Shown here: one piece after another, positions 8,877 to 23,218 of the stretch
Position numbering within the stretch: the first letter of the stretch is position 1
Layout of the letters: each line of letters opens with the position of its first letter
Source of the DNA: Candidatus Atabeyarchaeum deiterrae
GTDB taxonomy: Archaea; Asgardarchaeota; Atabeyarchaeia; Atabeyarchaeales; Atabeyarchaeaceae
NCBI GenBank assembly: GCA_037310415.1
Contig: CP147780.1
Location: 448,001-512,000, forward strand
DNA: 64,000 nt
Direction of reading: 5' to 3'
The notes under the pieces: generated by a model
Seen by the model: the letters and a program-made list of their open reading frames with translations, nothing else
Database searches by the model: none
Told to the model about the DNA's origin: nothing
Made by a program: the position numbers and the translations under genes

Positions 8877-11379
8877 GTGATTACCATTTCTAAACCAGAA
8901 TTTGGAGAGAAGCATTGGTCCGTTAAGACGGAAGAAGAAATACTGCAGAAGTGGAGAAGCAAGAAGAGCTACTCCTTCGACTTGAAGAATGGGAAGCAGC
9001 CGTTTTCCATTGACACACCTCCACCCTACGCAAGCGGTCGGTGGCACCTCGGTGGGGCAGTACACTACTCACAGATTGACATGATAGCTAGATGCAAGAG
9101 AATGGAAGGCTATGAGGTTCTCTTCCCGATGGGCATCGACCGAAACGGATAAGTCCCCCCCAAGTCGGAGAGACTCCGGATTACCGATCGAGGTTCAGGC
9201 GGAAAAAGAGTTCGGGGTTAAGATGAATGAAACACCCAGAGGGGAGTTCATAGAATTCTGCCACAACTTGCTGGACAAATACGAGGATGACATTTTATCT
9301 ATTTCAAGAAGACTAGGGCTGAGCTGCAATTCCCTGGAGCAGAAAGAAGTGTACAGAACTGACAGCCCCGAATACCGCAGGATAACTCAAGCAACATTCA
9401 TTAAACTTTGGAACATGGGCTTAGTATACGAAGATCGGAGGCCCAACAACTACTGCACGGACTGCGGAACCACAATAGCGGATGCAGAAATAGAGTATAG
9501 CGAAATAGAAACATCATTGAACTACATCAGATTTAGGATCGAGGGATCTAATGAGGAGATCATTATTGCCACTACCAGACCGGAGCTTCTCTGCGCCTGC
9601 GCTTGCGTGTTAGTTCACCCTTCTGACGAGAGATATAAGAAATTTCACAAGAAGACCGCACTAATCCCGATTTATGAAAGGAATGTGCCAATAATAGCTA
9701 ATCCTGCTGCCCAAATGGAGTTTGGAACGGGGGCGGCAATGATCTGTTCGTATGGTGACTACACTGATGTCAGACTCTACAGAGAACTTCAGCTGGCGCC
9801 AGTGGACGCCATAGATCATAACGGGAGAATGACGGAAGCTGCAGGAGAACTTAAAGGACTCAAAATACCTGAAGCAAGAAAAGAGATGGTGGCAAAGCTA
9901 AGACACCAAAGCGCATTGATCAAACAGGAAAGAATAATGCACAGGACACCCGTCTGTTGGCGAACAAGAACCCCCATCGAATTCATTGCAATGTCGGAGC
10001 TATATTTGAAACAATTGGATTTCTTGGGAGAATTAAAGAAGACAATCGACAAAATGGAATTCTATCCCCCACCAAGCAAACACATCCTTTCAAGCTGGAT
10101 TAACTCCGTAAGCGTGGACTGGCCGATAAGCAGGAGAAGATACTACGGTACAGAAATTCCATTGTGGTACTGCCTAAAGTGTGGTAAGCCCGTCGTTCCA
10201 GAACCCGGAGAATACTACCAACCATGGAAGGATGCCCCACCGTTCGTTAAATGCTCCCACTGCGGTGCGAAAGAAGGCTTCAAGGGCGAGGAAAGAACCT
10301 TTGACACATGGTTTGACTCAGGGATAAGTGAACTTCAAATCCTCGGTTATCTAAGAGACGAAGAATCTTTCAAGAAGCTATTCCCTTGTTCAATAAGACC
10401 TCAAGGGAAAGACATAGTCCGGACGTGGTGTTACTATTCAATCCTCAGAACCTACCAGCTCCTGAAGGAACGAGCATTCAAGAAAGTCTGGATAAGCGGG
10501 CATGTAATGGACGACAAAGGGGAAAGAATGTCGAAATCGCGCGGAAACGTAACGTGGCCTACCCCACTAATGGACAAGTACGGCGCAGACGCACTCAGGC
10601 TTTGGGGATGCCTGGAAGCGGGTTTGGGAAGCGATATTAGGTTCTCTGAACCCCGACTCGCAAGCGCTCACAGCTTCTTAACAAAGCTATGGAACATATC
10701 GAAATTCATATCGGCTTTTGCAGATCCTGCAGACAAGGACATAGAACTGCTGGCTTCAGATAGGTGGATACTGTCCGAACTTAATCAGATGGTCAATGAC
10801 GCAATTGAAGGATACCAGAAGTTGGACTTCAATATCCCAGCTACCAAGATACGGACATTCACATGGGAGACTTTTGCCTCTCACTACATTGAAATGGCTA
10901 AGGCGAGGGCATACAATAAGGGGAAGATCTTCCCCGAAGGGCAACAGAGAGGCGCGTGGTACACGCTTCACATGTGCCTTAAGACGATAATAATGGTACT
11001 AGCACCCATATGCCCCTTCATAACTGAAGAAATCTACGGGGGATTGTACTCACAGGAGGAAAGCATACACCACCAGTCTTTTCCAAAACCAAAAAAAGAA
11101 TGGGAAACACCACTCAGAACACTTACTCCTCTCATCATGGAGGCAAACAGCGCAATTTGGAAAACGAAGAAGGACAACAAGCTGCCACTGAATGCCCCAG
11201 TAAAGACGCTTTATCTGCCACAGGAACTCGAACAACTGGGGGAAGATCTCAAAAGAATGCATAATGTGGAAAACATAAGCTTTAAACCACCTGCAAAGAC
11301 ACTAACAGAGAAAGAGAAATACATAGTTGTAAAGATCGATCAAAGCAAGAGACAGAGTCAGATATTCATCAGCATCTGA
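8877..11379 (+). CDS. valS: Valyl-tRNA synthetase, interrupted by a 31-nt insert (join 8877-9150 and 9182-11379)
   Basis: ORF 8877-9152 has DTPPPY and HLGG (HIGH-like) and ends GIDRNG-stop. The second frame resumes LPIE and carries DTWFDS and RMSKS. Deleting 31 nt restores DRNGLPIE. Confidence 0.93.
9151..9181 (+). other. Candidate BHB intron in valS mRNA
   Basis: Central helix ACGG(9145-48)/CCGG(9176-79), bulges AT^A and AT^T, inner stem AGTC/GACT, outer TCGACCG/CGATCGA. Standard BHB cuts remove exactly 31 nt and restore the frame. Confidence 0.8.
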
Positions 11380-11472
11380 AAACAATGCCTCAATAAATCT
11401 TATATTGGCAATCATCATACCAGAAAAACATAACAACAAACTAATTAAGAATGAAAACAAAGGTCGCTCAGT

Positions 11473-11658
11473 GGGCCCGTAGCTCAAAGTGGAGGAGAAT
11501 GAAAGCAAGCTTCCACTGGCAAAGCTTGGCTGGAGCGTTCGGCTGAGCATCTGGGTAACTTTGCCAGATGGGCAACTAACCGAATAGGTTGAGGAAAAAC
11601 CTGAAAAGAACCTTACCCTCGGGGCAGGTCGCGAGTTCGAATCTCGCCGGGCCCACCA
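11473..11658 (+). tRNA. tRNA-Ile(GAT) with 3 introns (11487-11523 at 14/15, 11547-11576 at 35/36 inside the anticodon, 11585-11625 at 43/44)
   Basis: Spliced product is a 78-nt GGGCCCG...CGGGCCC-ACCA cloverleaf. Each intron is a hairpin with a relaxed BHB. Confidence 0.9.
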
Positions 11659-11687
11659 CTTCTCTATCCAAAAATGTTTGTTGAGTT

Positions 11688-11796
11688 GGGCCGGTAGTTC
11701 AGACTGGAAACCACCTTGCAGTGACTAAGGGTGAACATAAGATACGCCGGCTTCGCAAGCCGGAGGTCGTGGGTTCAAATCCCACCCGGTCCACCA
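11688..11796 (+). tRNA. tRNA-Ala(CGC) with a ~31-nt D-loop intron (~11710-11740)
   Basis: G3:U70 pair; CCGGC-TT-CGC-AA-GCCGG. Comparison with the intronless Ala(TGC) defines the insert. Confidence 0.9.
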
Positions 11797-11835
11797 CAAG
11801 TGATCATTCCAGAAAGTTCTCGGAGAGAAACTTTC

Positions 11836-11856
11836 ACCATAAAGCTTATTATATGA
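11836..11856 (+). promoter_or_regulatory. Putative BRE/TATA promoter of the 16S precursor
   Basis: ccataaagcTTATTATA upstream of the structured leader; similar to ccataatacTTATAAAA upstream of 23S. Confidence 0.5.
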
Positions 11857-12060
11857 ACATCGCCTTTAGCATAGACTTGCACAGGTTTTTCGCAGCGAAC
11901 ATCAAACGGCGTCGACCCTAACAGCGGTTGAAAACCTGTGGATGAAGGGTTGTTTTTCCACTGCGAAGAATCAGTGACGAGTAGTCATGAGGACCTAAAC
12001 AAACCGACAGCATGGCTGCCGGAAACTTGGGTCTGATGTGGGCTCAGAGTGAACCCCCAA

Positions 12061-12075
12061 GAACCATGAAACAAG
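12061..12075 (+). other. 5' strand of the 16S processing-stem BHB (partner 13668-13682)
   Basis: GAAC-CATG-AAA-CAAG pairs with CTTG-CATG-ATA-GTTC, a strict BHB within a long flanking stem. Confidence 0.85.
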
Positions 12076-12111
12076 TTAATCTCCCAATGCAACTTGCGAA
12101 ACTCCTATTGA

Positions 12112-13609
<1,498 letters not shown>

Positions 13610-13870
13610 TGAAAACTAACCCCTCCTCCATGGAGGGGTTAGTAACCGCATGTCACTGGAAGATTAGCTTGCATGATAGTTCGGGGACTGAGCCCACCAA
13701 CAACTCATTTCTCCTTCCTTCCCTGATTTGTGGCTTGACCTCTTAACTGATTATGCGGCAATTCTGCTCCAGACACCAGTTCTCGTTCTTTGAGAAACTC
13801 TTTAAAGTATGCTGCATTCGTCATATCATCACCATATGCCACTATCTTGTTGATAGGAAGCGTGCGTCTA

Positions 13871-14104
13871 TTGAAACCGAAGCTTCTGGTGAAGTATTGC
13901 GGAGTCTGAGGTTCAAGCTCTGCTACTAGGGAATTGCTTAGGTCTGTCGTTCCGAGCCTAAAAGGGAAAGTCGATCTTGAAGCGATTAGAGAGGACGGCG
14001 CTCATCCGGAGATTCGCGTAAACGGTAAGAAAGTTGCGGCAGACTACAATAACGTGGAGTCGTTGAAGAAGGCACTCCTGACAACCTTGGACAGACTCAA
14101 GTAA
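13871..14104 (+). CDS. Selenoprotein, SelW/SelT/Rdx-like (CxxU), 77 aa; TGA 13907-13909 read as Sec
   Basis: MKPKLLVKYCGVUGSSSATRELLRSVVPSLKGKVDLEAIREDGAHPEIRVNGKKVAADYNNVESLKKALLTTLDRLK. YCGxUG and EI.VNG match the SelW/Rdx pattern, and a SECIS lies directly downstream. Start may be GTG 13862. Confidence 0.85.
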
Positions 14105-14121
14105 TGGTGAAAAGAGCCGGC

Positions 14122-14180
14122 ACGCCCTGATGACTCCTTCTCCCAAAGGCGCAATGTCACGGAGGGGATGAAGGGAGGGA
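14122..14180 (+). promoter_or_regulatory. Eukaryote-like (type II) SECIS element
   Basis: CCCTG-ATGAC-TCCTTCTCC-C-AAA-GGC-GCAAT-GTC-AC-GGAGGGGA-TGAA-GGG: AUGA/GA core, helix II, unpaired AAA and apical mini-stem. Confidence 0.82.
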
Positions 14181-14268
14181 AGCCCCCTGGATCAAATGTC
14201 TGTGGCAACGCTTGTCGAATAGACGAGCAAACCTTTGAACATTCTCAAAATGTTCTCCCACTTGATAA

Positions 14269-14287
14269 CCATAATACTTATAAAAGA
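14269..14287 (+). promoter_or_regulatory. Putative BRE/TATA promoter of the 23S precursor
   Basis: accataatacTTATAAAAg followed by a structured leader. Confidence 0.55.
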
Positions 14288-14512
14288 TCTCTGGCACTAC
14301 TCTTGATTTGCAGCAGAGAGACCTAATAACCGATGGATACTCTCTTGACTGCAGTGACGATTTACCGAGATGCAACTCGGGAGGAGCGGTGGAGAACACT
14401 TCTCTCGGGTGAAGGGCACAGTGGGGATCAGCATAGCGGACGTTCCCACAATGACTTGCCACGCATACATTCCACCAAACAGGAAAAGATCGTACAAGCT
14501 GAACAAAGGAGT

Positions 14513-14534
14513 TCTAACACTATCCGGACCGAGG
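14513..14534 (+). other. 5' strand of the 23S processing-stem BHB (partner 17673-17694)
   Basis: TCTAA-CACT-ATC-CGGACCGAGG pairs with CCTCGGTCTG-GGTG-AAT-TTAGA. Confidence 0.85.
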
Positions 14535-14552
14535 TTACGAGTAAGGTCTGAT

Positions 14553-17660
<3,108 letters not shown>

Positions 17661-17829
17661 AGGCCTGAAAGCCCTCGGTCTGGGTGAATTTAGATCTCCC
17701 ATTTATTGTTCGGCGGGTGGAATTCTGTGCGTGGTGATCTCCTCATTTCTCTTGGACTAGTCAATCCCATGTTTGCCCCCTTGTTGATGGAAATTCTTAT
17801 TTGACATTCCTCGTAAATGTATTCTTGGA

Positions 17830-18236
17830 GTTAGGACGTGGGAGCGCGGCTGCCGGTGCCTTTCTTTCTCTTTGAGGAAGCTAGGTGCTGAGGAAGGTCT
17901 CCCCTCCACCAGACTTCGGTGCAGCGAAAGCTGCGAGGCGAGAGCCTCGCTCCAGGATCAGAAACGACACGTCCACACGTGAAATGACTATGATGCGGTT
18001 GAGGCGATGCTTACAGTGAGCGTCTCCGAGCAGGAGCCAGGGTAACCTAGCTCAATAACCCGCTGAGGATCCTTGTGGGAGCGGTGAAACGGCCTGCCAC
18101 CGAGGAGAAAGCCCAAATAGGCTGTGGATGATGCGTCTGGCTGAACCAGCGGGTAGGGTGAGTAGCTGGATGCCGCAAAGGGTGTTTCGGCGACGAAACA
18201 TCTGGAACAAAAGGGGGCCTACTACCCACACCTGAC
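17830..18236 (+). ncRNA. rnpB: RNase P RNA
   Basis: GAGGAAGGTCTCCCC pairs with AACAAAAGGGGGCCTACT (P4); CAGAAAC and GGTGAAACGGC conserved regions; terminal P1 stem. Confidence 0.9.
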
Positions 18237-18371
18237 TCCCTTCTTTTTCATCTAGTTGAAGGCGCTCGGCTGACGAATAGTTCCAATAACATTAGGCTGA
18301 ATCTCAAAGTCGAATGTTATCAATTCCAGACTGGTTTGACTTCTAATTTCTTGCACGCAATGACTAGCGGT

Positions 18372-19919
18372 CTATCCTTGACGTCTCTTTATGGGCTTTC
18401 TTGCACGCTGGCTAGTGAGGAGAAATATGCAGAACACGAAGACCGCTGCAACATCCACTGCTATCGCAAGCAATACGTATTCCGCGGCTTGAAACTGGTA
18501 CGTCAAGTATTGTACACCATTTAGATTCTTTACTAGGAAGACATCTGAATCGCTATCTTCGGTGCCAAATACCGTACCAGTGAAGTAAACGTCGCCACTG
18601 TCAGAAATAGCAACTGATTCAGCTGATTGCCCCCTTGAGCCACTACCCCAGATTCCACTCATGATCATATTCCCGGAAGTATCGTACTCATTGATGAAAG
18701 CTCTGGGAGTACCAGCTGATCCGTCAGTTGAGAAGCTTGACGTCTCGCCGCAGAGGTATAGTTCGTTTTTCATTGAGATACTGAGTGAATTCACCGTCTC
18801 TGATTCTGGTCCTCCCCAAGTTCTGTTCCAGACTTGATTTCCATCTGTGTCGTACTTTAGGAGAAATGTGTCCTGGCTACCCGCGCCATAGCTACTTGTG
18901 GATCCTGCGACGTATGTTGCTCCATCAGCGGTACATACGGCGTATGCAACATCGTCCAGGGTTCCTCCGTAAGTTCTGTTCCATATCTGTTCTCCAGACA
19001 TGTCATACTTGGCGAGAAACGCATTCAAGTCGGGTTTATCACTCAAGAATCTTCCTAGGTAGCCTGCAACGTATACGTAACTATCTGCTGAGATGGCGAC
19101 CGATGTAGCTAGATCCAATACTGGGGTCGCAGTCCATCCGAGGCCGTACGGGTCGTACAGGCTCGTGCCCCAGTTTCTTCGCCATAAGATCTCACCGTCG
19201 GAACTGCACTTGACAAGAAGAGCGTCTACATCTACAAGTCCATGACCAGTCTGCCAGTACTCACCCATTTCAAGCCCGCCAGCGATGTATATGTCCCCAT
19301 TTTCGTCGACTGCACCCGAAAGCCACTGCTCTCCGTGAGTCACCCAATAGAATCGATCATGAACATATGGCGGAGAAATGAACCACACCAAGTTACCTGA
19401 TGAGTCATATTTGGCTAGAAGTATGCCTGGTGCAATCCTATGACTCTCGGACACCTTTCCACAGGCTACCTCGCCTACAACGTAAATGTAGCCGTCGTCG
19501 GATAAGACGACATGATTCCCACGGTCCGTGCTTTCGAATCCATACTGAGTACCGTCATCCAGTGTTCTGTTCCAGACCAAGAGCCCTCTCCAATCGAACT
19601 TCATGAGAAGTAGGTCATCCTCAGCGCTGAAGCTCCTCGTTGATCCAGTCACATAAACGTATCCGTCACGGGACACGGCAACGGATCTTGCTTCATCGTG
19701 ACCGCCTCCACCCCACATTGTGATCCATGAGTTGGAAGAGGGTGCTGCTATTACTTGCTTCGCAAACTGAATCTCTGAAAAGGGCATTGATACTGAACAT
19801 AGCAACGTAGCTACAAAGAACGCTGACATTAGCTTCAGATGAAGGTTGCGCGAGGGTTTGGAGTTTGACAAAGAATATATCAGTCTTCCTGATGCATTAG
19901 TTGGAGATTGCCAATGCAA
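18372..19919 (-). CDS. Secreted membrane-anchored beta-propeller (SBBP-like repeat) protein; true start may be near 19829
   Basis: Repeats of WGG..D.A.SVA...DG.VYV.G.T.S....D..L.KYD..G...W; signal peptide and C-terminal TM helix. Confidence 0.8.
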   Translation of the reverse strand: MHWQSPTNASGRLIYSLSNSKPSRNLHLKLMSAFFVATLLCSVSMPFSEIQFAKQVIAAPSSNSWITMWGGGGHDEARSVAVSRDGYVYVTGSTRSFSAEDDLLLMKFDWRGLLVWNRTLDDGTQYGFESTDRGNHVVLSDDGYIYVVGEVACGKVSESHRIAPGILLAKYDSSGNLVWFISPPYVHDRFYWVTHGEQWLSGAVDENGDIYIAGGLEMGEYWQTGHGLVDVDALLVKCSSDGEILWRRNWGTSLYDPYGLGWTATPVLDLATSVAISADSYVYVAGYLGRFLSDKPDLNAFLAKYDMSGEQIWNRTYGGTLDDVAYAVCTADGATYVAGSTSSYGAGSQDTFLLKYDTDGNQVWNRTWGGPESETVNSLSISMKNELYLCGETSSFSTDGSAGTPRAFINEYDTSGNMIMSGIWGSGSRGQSAESVAISDSGDVYFTGTVFGTEDSDSDVFLVKNLNGVQYLTYQFQAAEYVLLAIAVDVAAVFVFCIFLLTSQRARKPIKRRQG

Positions 19920-20123
19920 AGTAACTGAGGAGCCTTCCCTTAAGTTTTCCGTTGGTTTCGGTGTAAAATGCGGTGTTCTGGCATCGCTTTTTTGGTTATC
20001 TTACGGTGAATCGCAGATTTGTGTGTCGTCTTTTGGATTTCTTACAGTGTCCTGTAATGGCTTCTATACTGCTGGTTTCTTGATAGCTCAGACCGAAATA
20101 AGACGGATTGAGCCAAGTCCTCT

Positions 20124-20969
20124 TTAGTCAGCCAAGGCCAGAAGTTTCTCTATGTTCCCTGAGTCGTCGCGTCGTTCGTCGACTGGCGTCTCCATTATGA
20201 ATGGCAGGTCCTGTAATCGTTTTTCATGCAGAAGGACTCTAAATCCTTTTTCGCCGATTCTTCCTAATCCTATGTGTTCATGTCTGTCTATGCTCGAATT
20301 CAGATCTCCTTTTGAATCGTTCATGTGTATGACTTTCAACTTCTTAATTCCGATCACATTGTCCAGATGATTTATCGTGTTGTTTATGACTTTCTCATTT
20401 CTAAGGTCGTAACCTGAGGCAAACGCGTGTGACGTATCAAAACAGATACCTATTCTTTCATTGTGTTGTTCTGTCCCTTCTATTATTGATTGGATTTCCT
20501 CAAATCTTGAACCCATGCTGTGTAGCGTTCCAGCGGTGTTTTCAAGAAGAAGTATCACCTTGTTCTCCACCTCTGATAAGGCGACGCCCAAAGCGTTCAG
20601 TATGTTCTTGAGACCTGCTTCACGACCCTTTCCTAGGTGACTTCCTAGATGTGTGACCAGAAAGGGGATTCTCAGTCGCTCACATCTCTTAAGCTCCAAT
20701 TTGAGGGCATATATGGATTTCCTGTTTATTGCCTTTCGAGGGGAGGCAAGGTTTGCTAAGTATGGCATGTGAGCAACTACTGGATCAATCCCACTTTTGT
20801 GGACTTTCTCTACGAATCTTGATGCGACATCAATTGATATGGGTCTGGACTTCCACTGTCTCGGGTTTGTGGTGAAAATCTGAAAAGTAGTGCAACCCTT
20901 CTCTGAAGCTCTGTCTATTGCCATGTCTATTGATCCTTGAATGGACACATGAACTCCGATGCGTAGCAA
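20124..20969 (-). CDS. nfo: Endonuclease IV
   Basis: IGVHVS, H.PY..NL, LENTAG, DTSHAF, H.NDSK, DRHEHIG, METP. Confidence 0.95.
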   Translation of the reverse strand: MLRIGVHVSIQGSIDMAIDRASEKGCTTFQIFTTNPRQWKSRPISIDVASRFVEKVHKSGIDPVVAHMPYLANLASPRKAINRKSIYALKLELKRCERLRIPFLVTHLGSHLGKGREAGLKNILNALGVALSEVENKVILLLENTAGTLHSMGSRFEEIQSIIEGTEQHNERIGICFDTSHAFASGYDLRNEKVINNTINHLDNVIGIKKLKVIHMNDSKGDLNSSIDRHEHIGLGRIGEKGFRVLLHEKRLQDLPFIMETPVDERRDDSGNIEKLLALAD

Positions 20970-21091
20970 CGTGGTCCCTACCTTTCGTTTCCCGAATCAA
21001 GTAAAGAGATGGGTACTTTTCATGTTTGGAGTAACACAATGTAGCCGCATTTTCTGTGCCCTAATACTAGCGGGATCCTCAATTCGGTGGT

Positions 21092-21571
21092 TTAGTCTGA
21101 CCTGGGTTCAAATCGGTTGAGTTCCAAGAAGTTCTTACCCCATCCAAACTTGGAGAGCAACTCGTCGGCTTGTTCATGTTCTCCGCACTCAATGAGAGCG
21201 CCTGCAAAGGCCTCAACTGTACTCAACTTATTCCATACGCCATAGTTGATCGGGTTACCAGCCAACATTTCCCGGAGTCGTCTTTTTCTTCCTCTGATTC
21301 TGAATTTTAAAATCTCGCCTGCATTCTCCCAGGAGCAGTCGATTGCAACTAGTCCATATCGAATTACGTTATACTGATCATCTTTTGTCAGAACCATGTT
21401 TGAAAACGGGTCTAGCACAATAGAACTCCGTGATATGTGTGAGAGTCGATCTATGCGTTTAGCTAGACCAAGTCTCAACAACTTCAATGCAGTGCATTTC
21501 TTCGGATCACATTGTGATGCATGATAGACGTATAGCTTCACTTTGCCATGAATCCTGGTCTGGTCACTCAA
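21092..21571 (-). CDS. tsr3: rRNA aminocarboxypropyltransferase Tsr3
   Basis: QCDPKKCT, IDCSW, NPINYG..KLSTVEA, F.WG..FLELN. Confidence 0.93.
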   Translation of the reverse strand: MSDQTRIHGKVKLYVYHASQCDPKKCTALKLLRLGLAKRIDRLSHISRSSIVLDPFSNMVLTKDDQYNVIRYGLVAIDCSWENAGEILKFRIRGRKRRLREMLAGNPINYGVWNKLSTVEAFAGALIECGEHEQADELLSKFGWGKNFLELNRFEPRSD

Positions 21572-22529
21572 TTTTTGATTCCTCTCGGCTCTTTTCCAGT
21601 CTCTCCATGGCTGCTGCTACGATCAAGGGAAAAGCGATTGTGGCGTCTCCTATTACGTCAACCCACTCAGCTTCAGGTTTCACTTTGCCCCAAGACTGAG
21701 CTTCTTGAAGCGAAGCACCGCTTAGTCCGCCTGGCTCCGGTCTATCCATTGTGATTTGTATTGCGTAATCAAGTGCCTTACCTGTTAGCATAGCGGACTG
21801 AAGAATATAGTTCTTCGGTACGCCACCTCCCAGGAACACGGCACCGATTCTCTTTGATTCAAAATAAGTATCGATCATTTTCTGGAGATCTTTTCTCAAG
21901 TCTACTCTCAGGTCGTTCTGCTGAGAATAGATCCAAATGTGGAGTCCTAAAATCGAGTCGAATATTGCGGGACAGAATATGAGAGTTCGATTCCTTGCTG
22001 CTGTTCTCAGAATTGACTCATCGTCATCCAGCATAAGTCCGATCTCTCGCAGTAGTTCATAAGAGCCCAGTCCTTGCCTGCGCTTGTCCTGGTCTATGGA
22101 AGTGAAATACTCCTTCAACTTGCTCTCTAATTCCTCGAAAGCTTCATCCCTGACAAAAGCATCAAAAATCCGGTTTATTCTCATTTCTCTGAGCGCGGCG
22201 TCGCCAACTGAGGTAATATCTCTTTCATGTTTCCAACCGGAAGCTTCGACTAAGTCATGTGTAACGTTGGCGCCCGTGAGAACCAAGATGTCGACCATTC
22301 TATTCTCCACTAGATCCCTAATGACTTTTCTTAGCCCGCCGGGTACGAGAGCGCCAGCAACACCGACAGGCTTGAGGATTTCTTTGTCGGAGAGAATTCG
22401 TTCATAGATTTCTGCCCCCTTGCTTACTCGCCCAGCGCCAAATACCCCTGCCTTTCCCATCTCATCGACTAGTTCTCCGACACTCATGCCTGCGTGGATC
22501 CTCATTTGCTCAACGTATTTCCGCTCCAA
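21564..22529 (-). CDS. dys: Deoxyhypusine synthase
   Basis: TGAN..HD, GGGVPKN, GGLSGA..EA.SWGKV, DATI..P. Confidence 0.93.
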   Translation of the reverse strand: MERKYVEQMRIHAGMSVGELVDEMGKAGVFGAGRVSKGAEIYERILSDKEILKPVGVAGALVPGGLRKVIRDLVENRMVDILVLTGANVTHDLVEASGWKHERDITSVGDAALREMRINRIFDAFVRDEAFEELESKLKEYFTSIDQDKRRQGLGSYELLREIGLMLDDDESILRTAARNRTLIFCPAIFDSILGLHIWIYSQQNDLRVDLRKDLQKMIDTYFESKRIGAVFLGGGVPKNYILQSAMLTGKALDYAIQITMDRPEPGGLSGASLQEAQSWGKVKPEAEWVDVIGDATIAFPLIVAAAMERLEKSREESKIE

Positions 22530-22713
22530 GTCAATTCCACCGCCGAATAATGTCGACTTCAGGCACAGGAGATTGTTAACATAGCTTAATTGCTTGTGAG
22601 GTAGATATCAGTTTGGTCTCTCGGCAAATCTCTCCAGTAGATGAGTCTGAAACGAAATCACCTAAGGAAAGCCAGATTAGAAGTAATAAGATCGCTACCG
22701 GCTCGCATAAGGT

Positions 22714-22904
22714 TGGTAGCGGGGGATGGATTTGTCCTTCGTGGGAGTTGATCCCACGGATTTGAACCATCGATCTCAGGGTATCCCAGTGGGACATCTT
22801 ATGAGCCATCCGCAGGAGGATTTGGCTATCTCCTACTGCGGGATCTCCTGAGTGGGCCAACCTACCTCCTGATCCAGAAGTAAGGGTGCCTACCCTACCC
22901 CGCT
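22714..22904 (-). tRNA. Initiator tRNA-Met(CAT) with 4 BHB introns (22852-22889 at 15/16, 22808-22835 at 29/30, 22783-22799 at 37/38, 22732-22761 at 58/59)
   Basis: 191 nt minus 38+28+17+30 gives 78 nt with A1:U72 and GGG/CCC anticodon-stem pairs. Central helices are GGGT/GCCC, CCGC/GCGG, CTCA/TGGG and GTTC/GGAC. Confidence 0.92.
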
Positions 22905-23105
22905 ATTACGGGTGCGAATTATGTGATAGTTCTGAATGGTTACTCATATATTTTACTCTTTGGTTGCTGTCTCCTGTCAAAATAATCGTGTTCTCTACCT
23001 CTCAACCGGCGTCCAAGATTCATATTGCCAAAATCGGCTATGGCTTCCTTTTAGTCGAAAATAGCTGGCAGGGAATTGCAGAACTGGAAAATGATATCGT
23101 TGGAG

Positions 23106-23180
23106 TGGACCGGGTGGGATTTGAACCCACGACCTCCGGCTTGCAAAGCCGGCGCGGCTTCCAGCCTGCGCTACCGGCCC
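23106..23180 (-). tRNA. tRNA-Ala(TGC), intronless, CCA not encoded
   Basis: GGGCCGG...CCGGC-TT-TGC-AA-GCCGG...CCGGTCC-A; G3:U70. Confidence 0.95.
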
Positions 23181-23218
23181 ACCATAGGAGCCGTTCACTA
23201 GCGAAGATAAGGATTGAG

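Noticed and set aside
9155-9161. C7 run as a slippage or sequencing-error explanation for the valS break
   Set aside because: The stop codon precedes the run, and a 1-nt change would still leave about 10 extra residues in a conserved motif.
9112-9180. N-terminus MRFSSRWASTETDKSPPSRRDSG as a real start of a split ValRS
   Set aside because: Out-of-frame reading of exon 1 plus the insert; a product starting here would lack the HIGH-region motifs.
22576-22904. SRP RNA or a 94-aa ORF
   Set aside because: The region resolves fully as the four-intron initiator tRNA.
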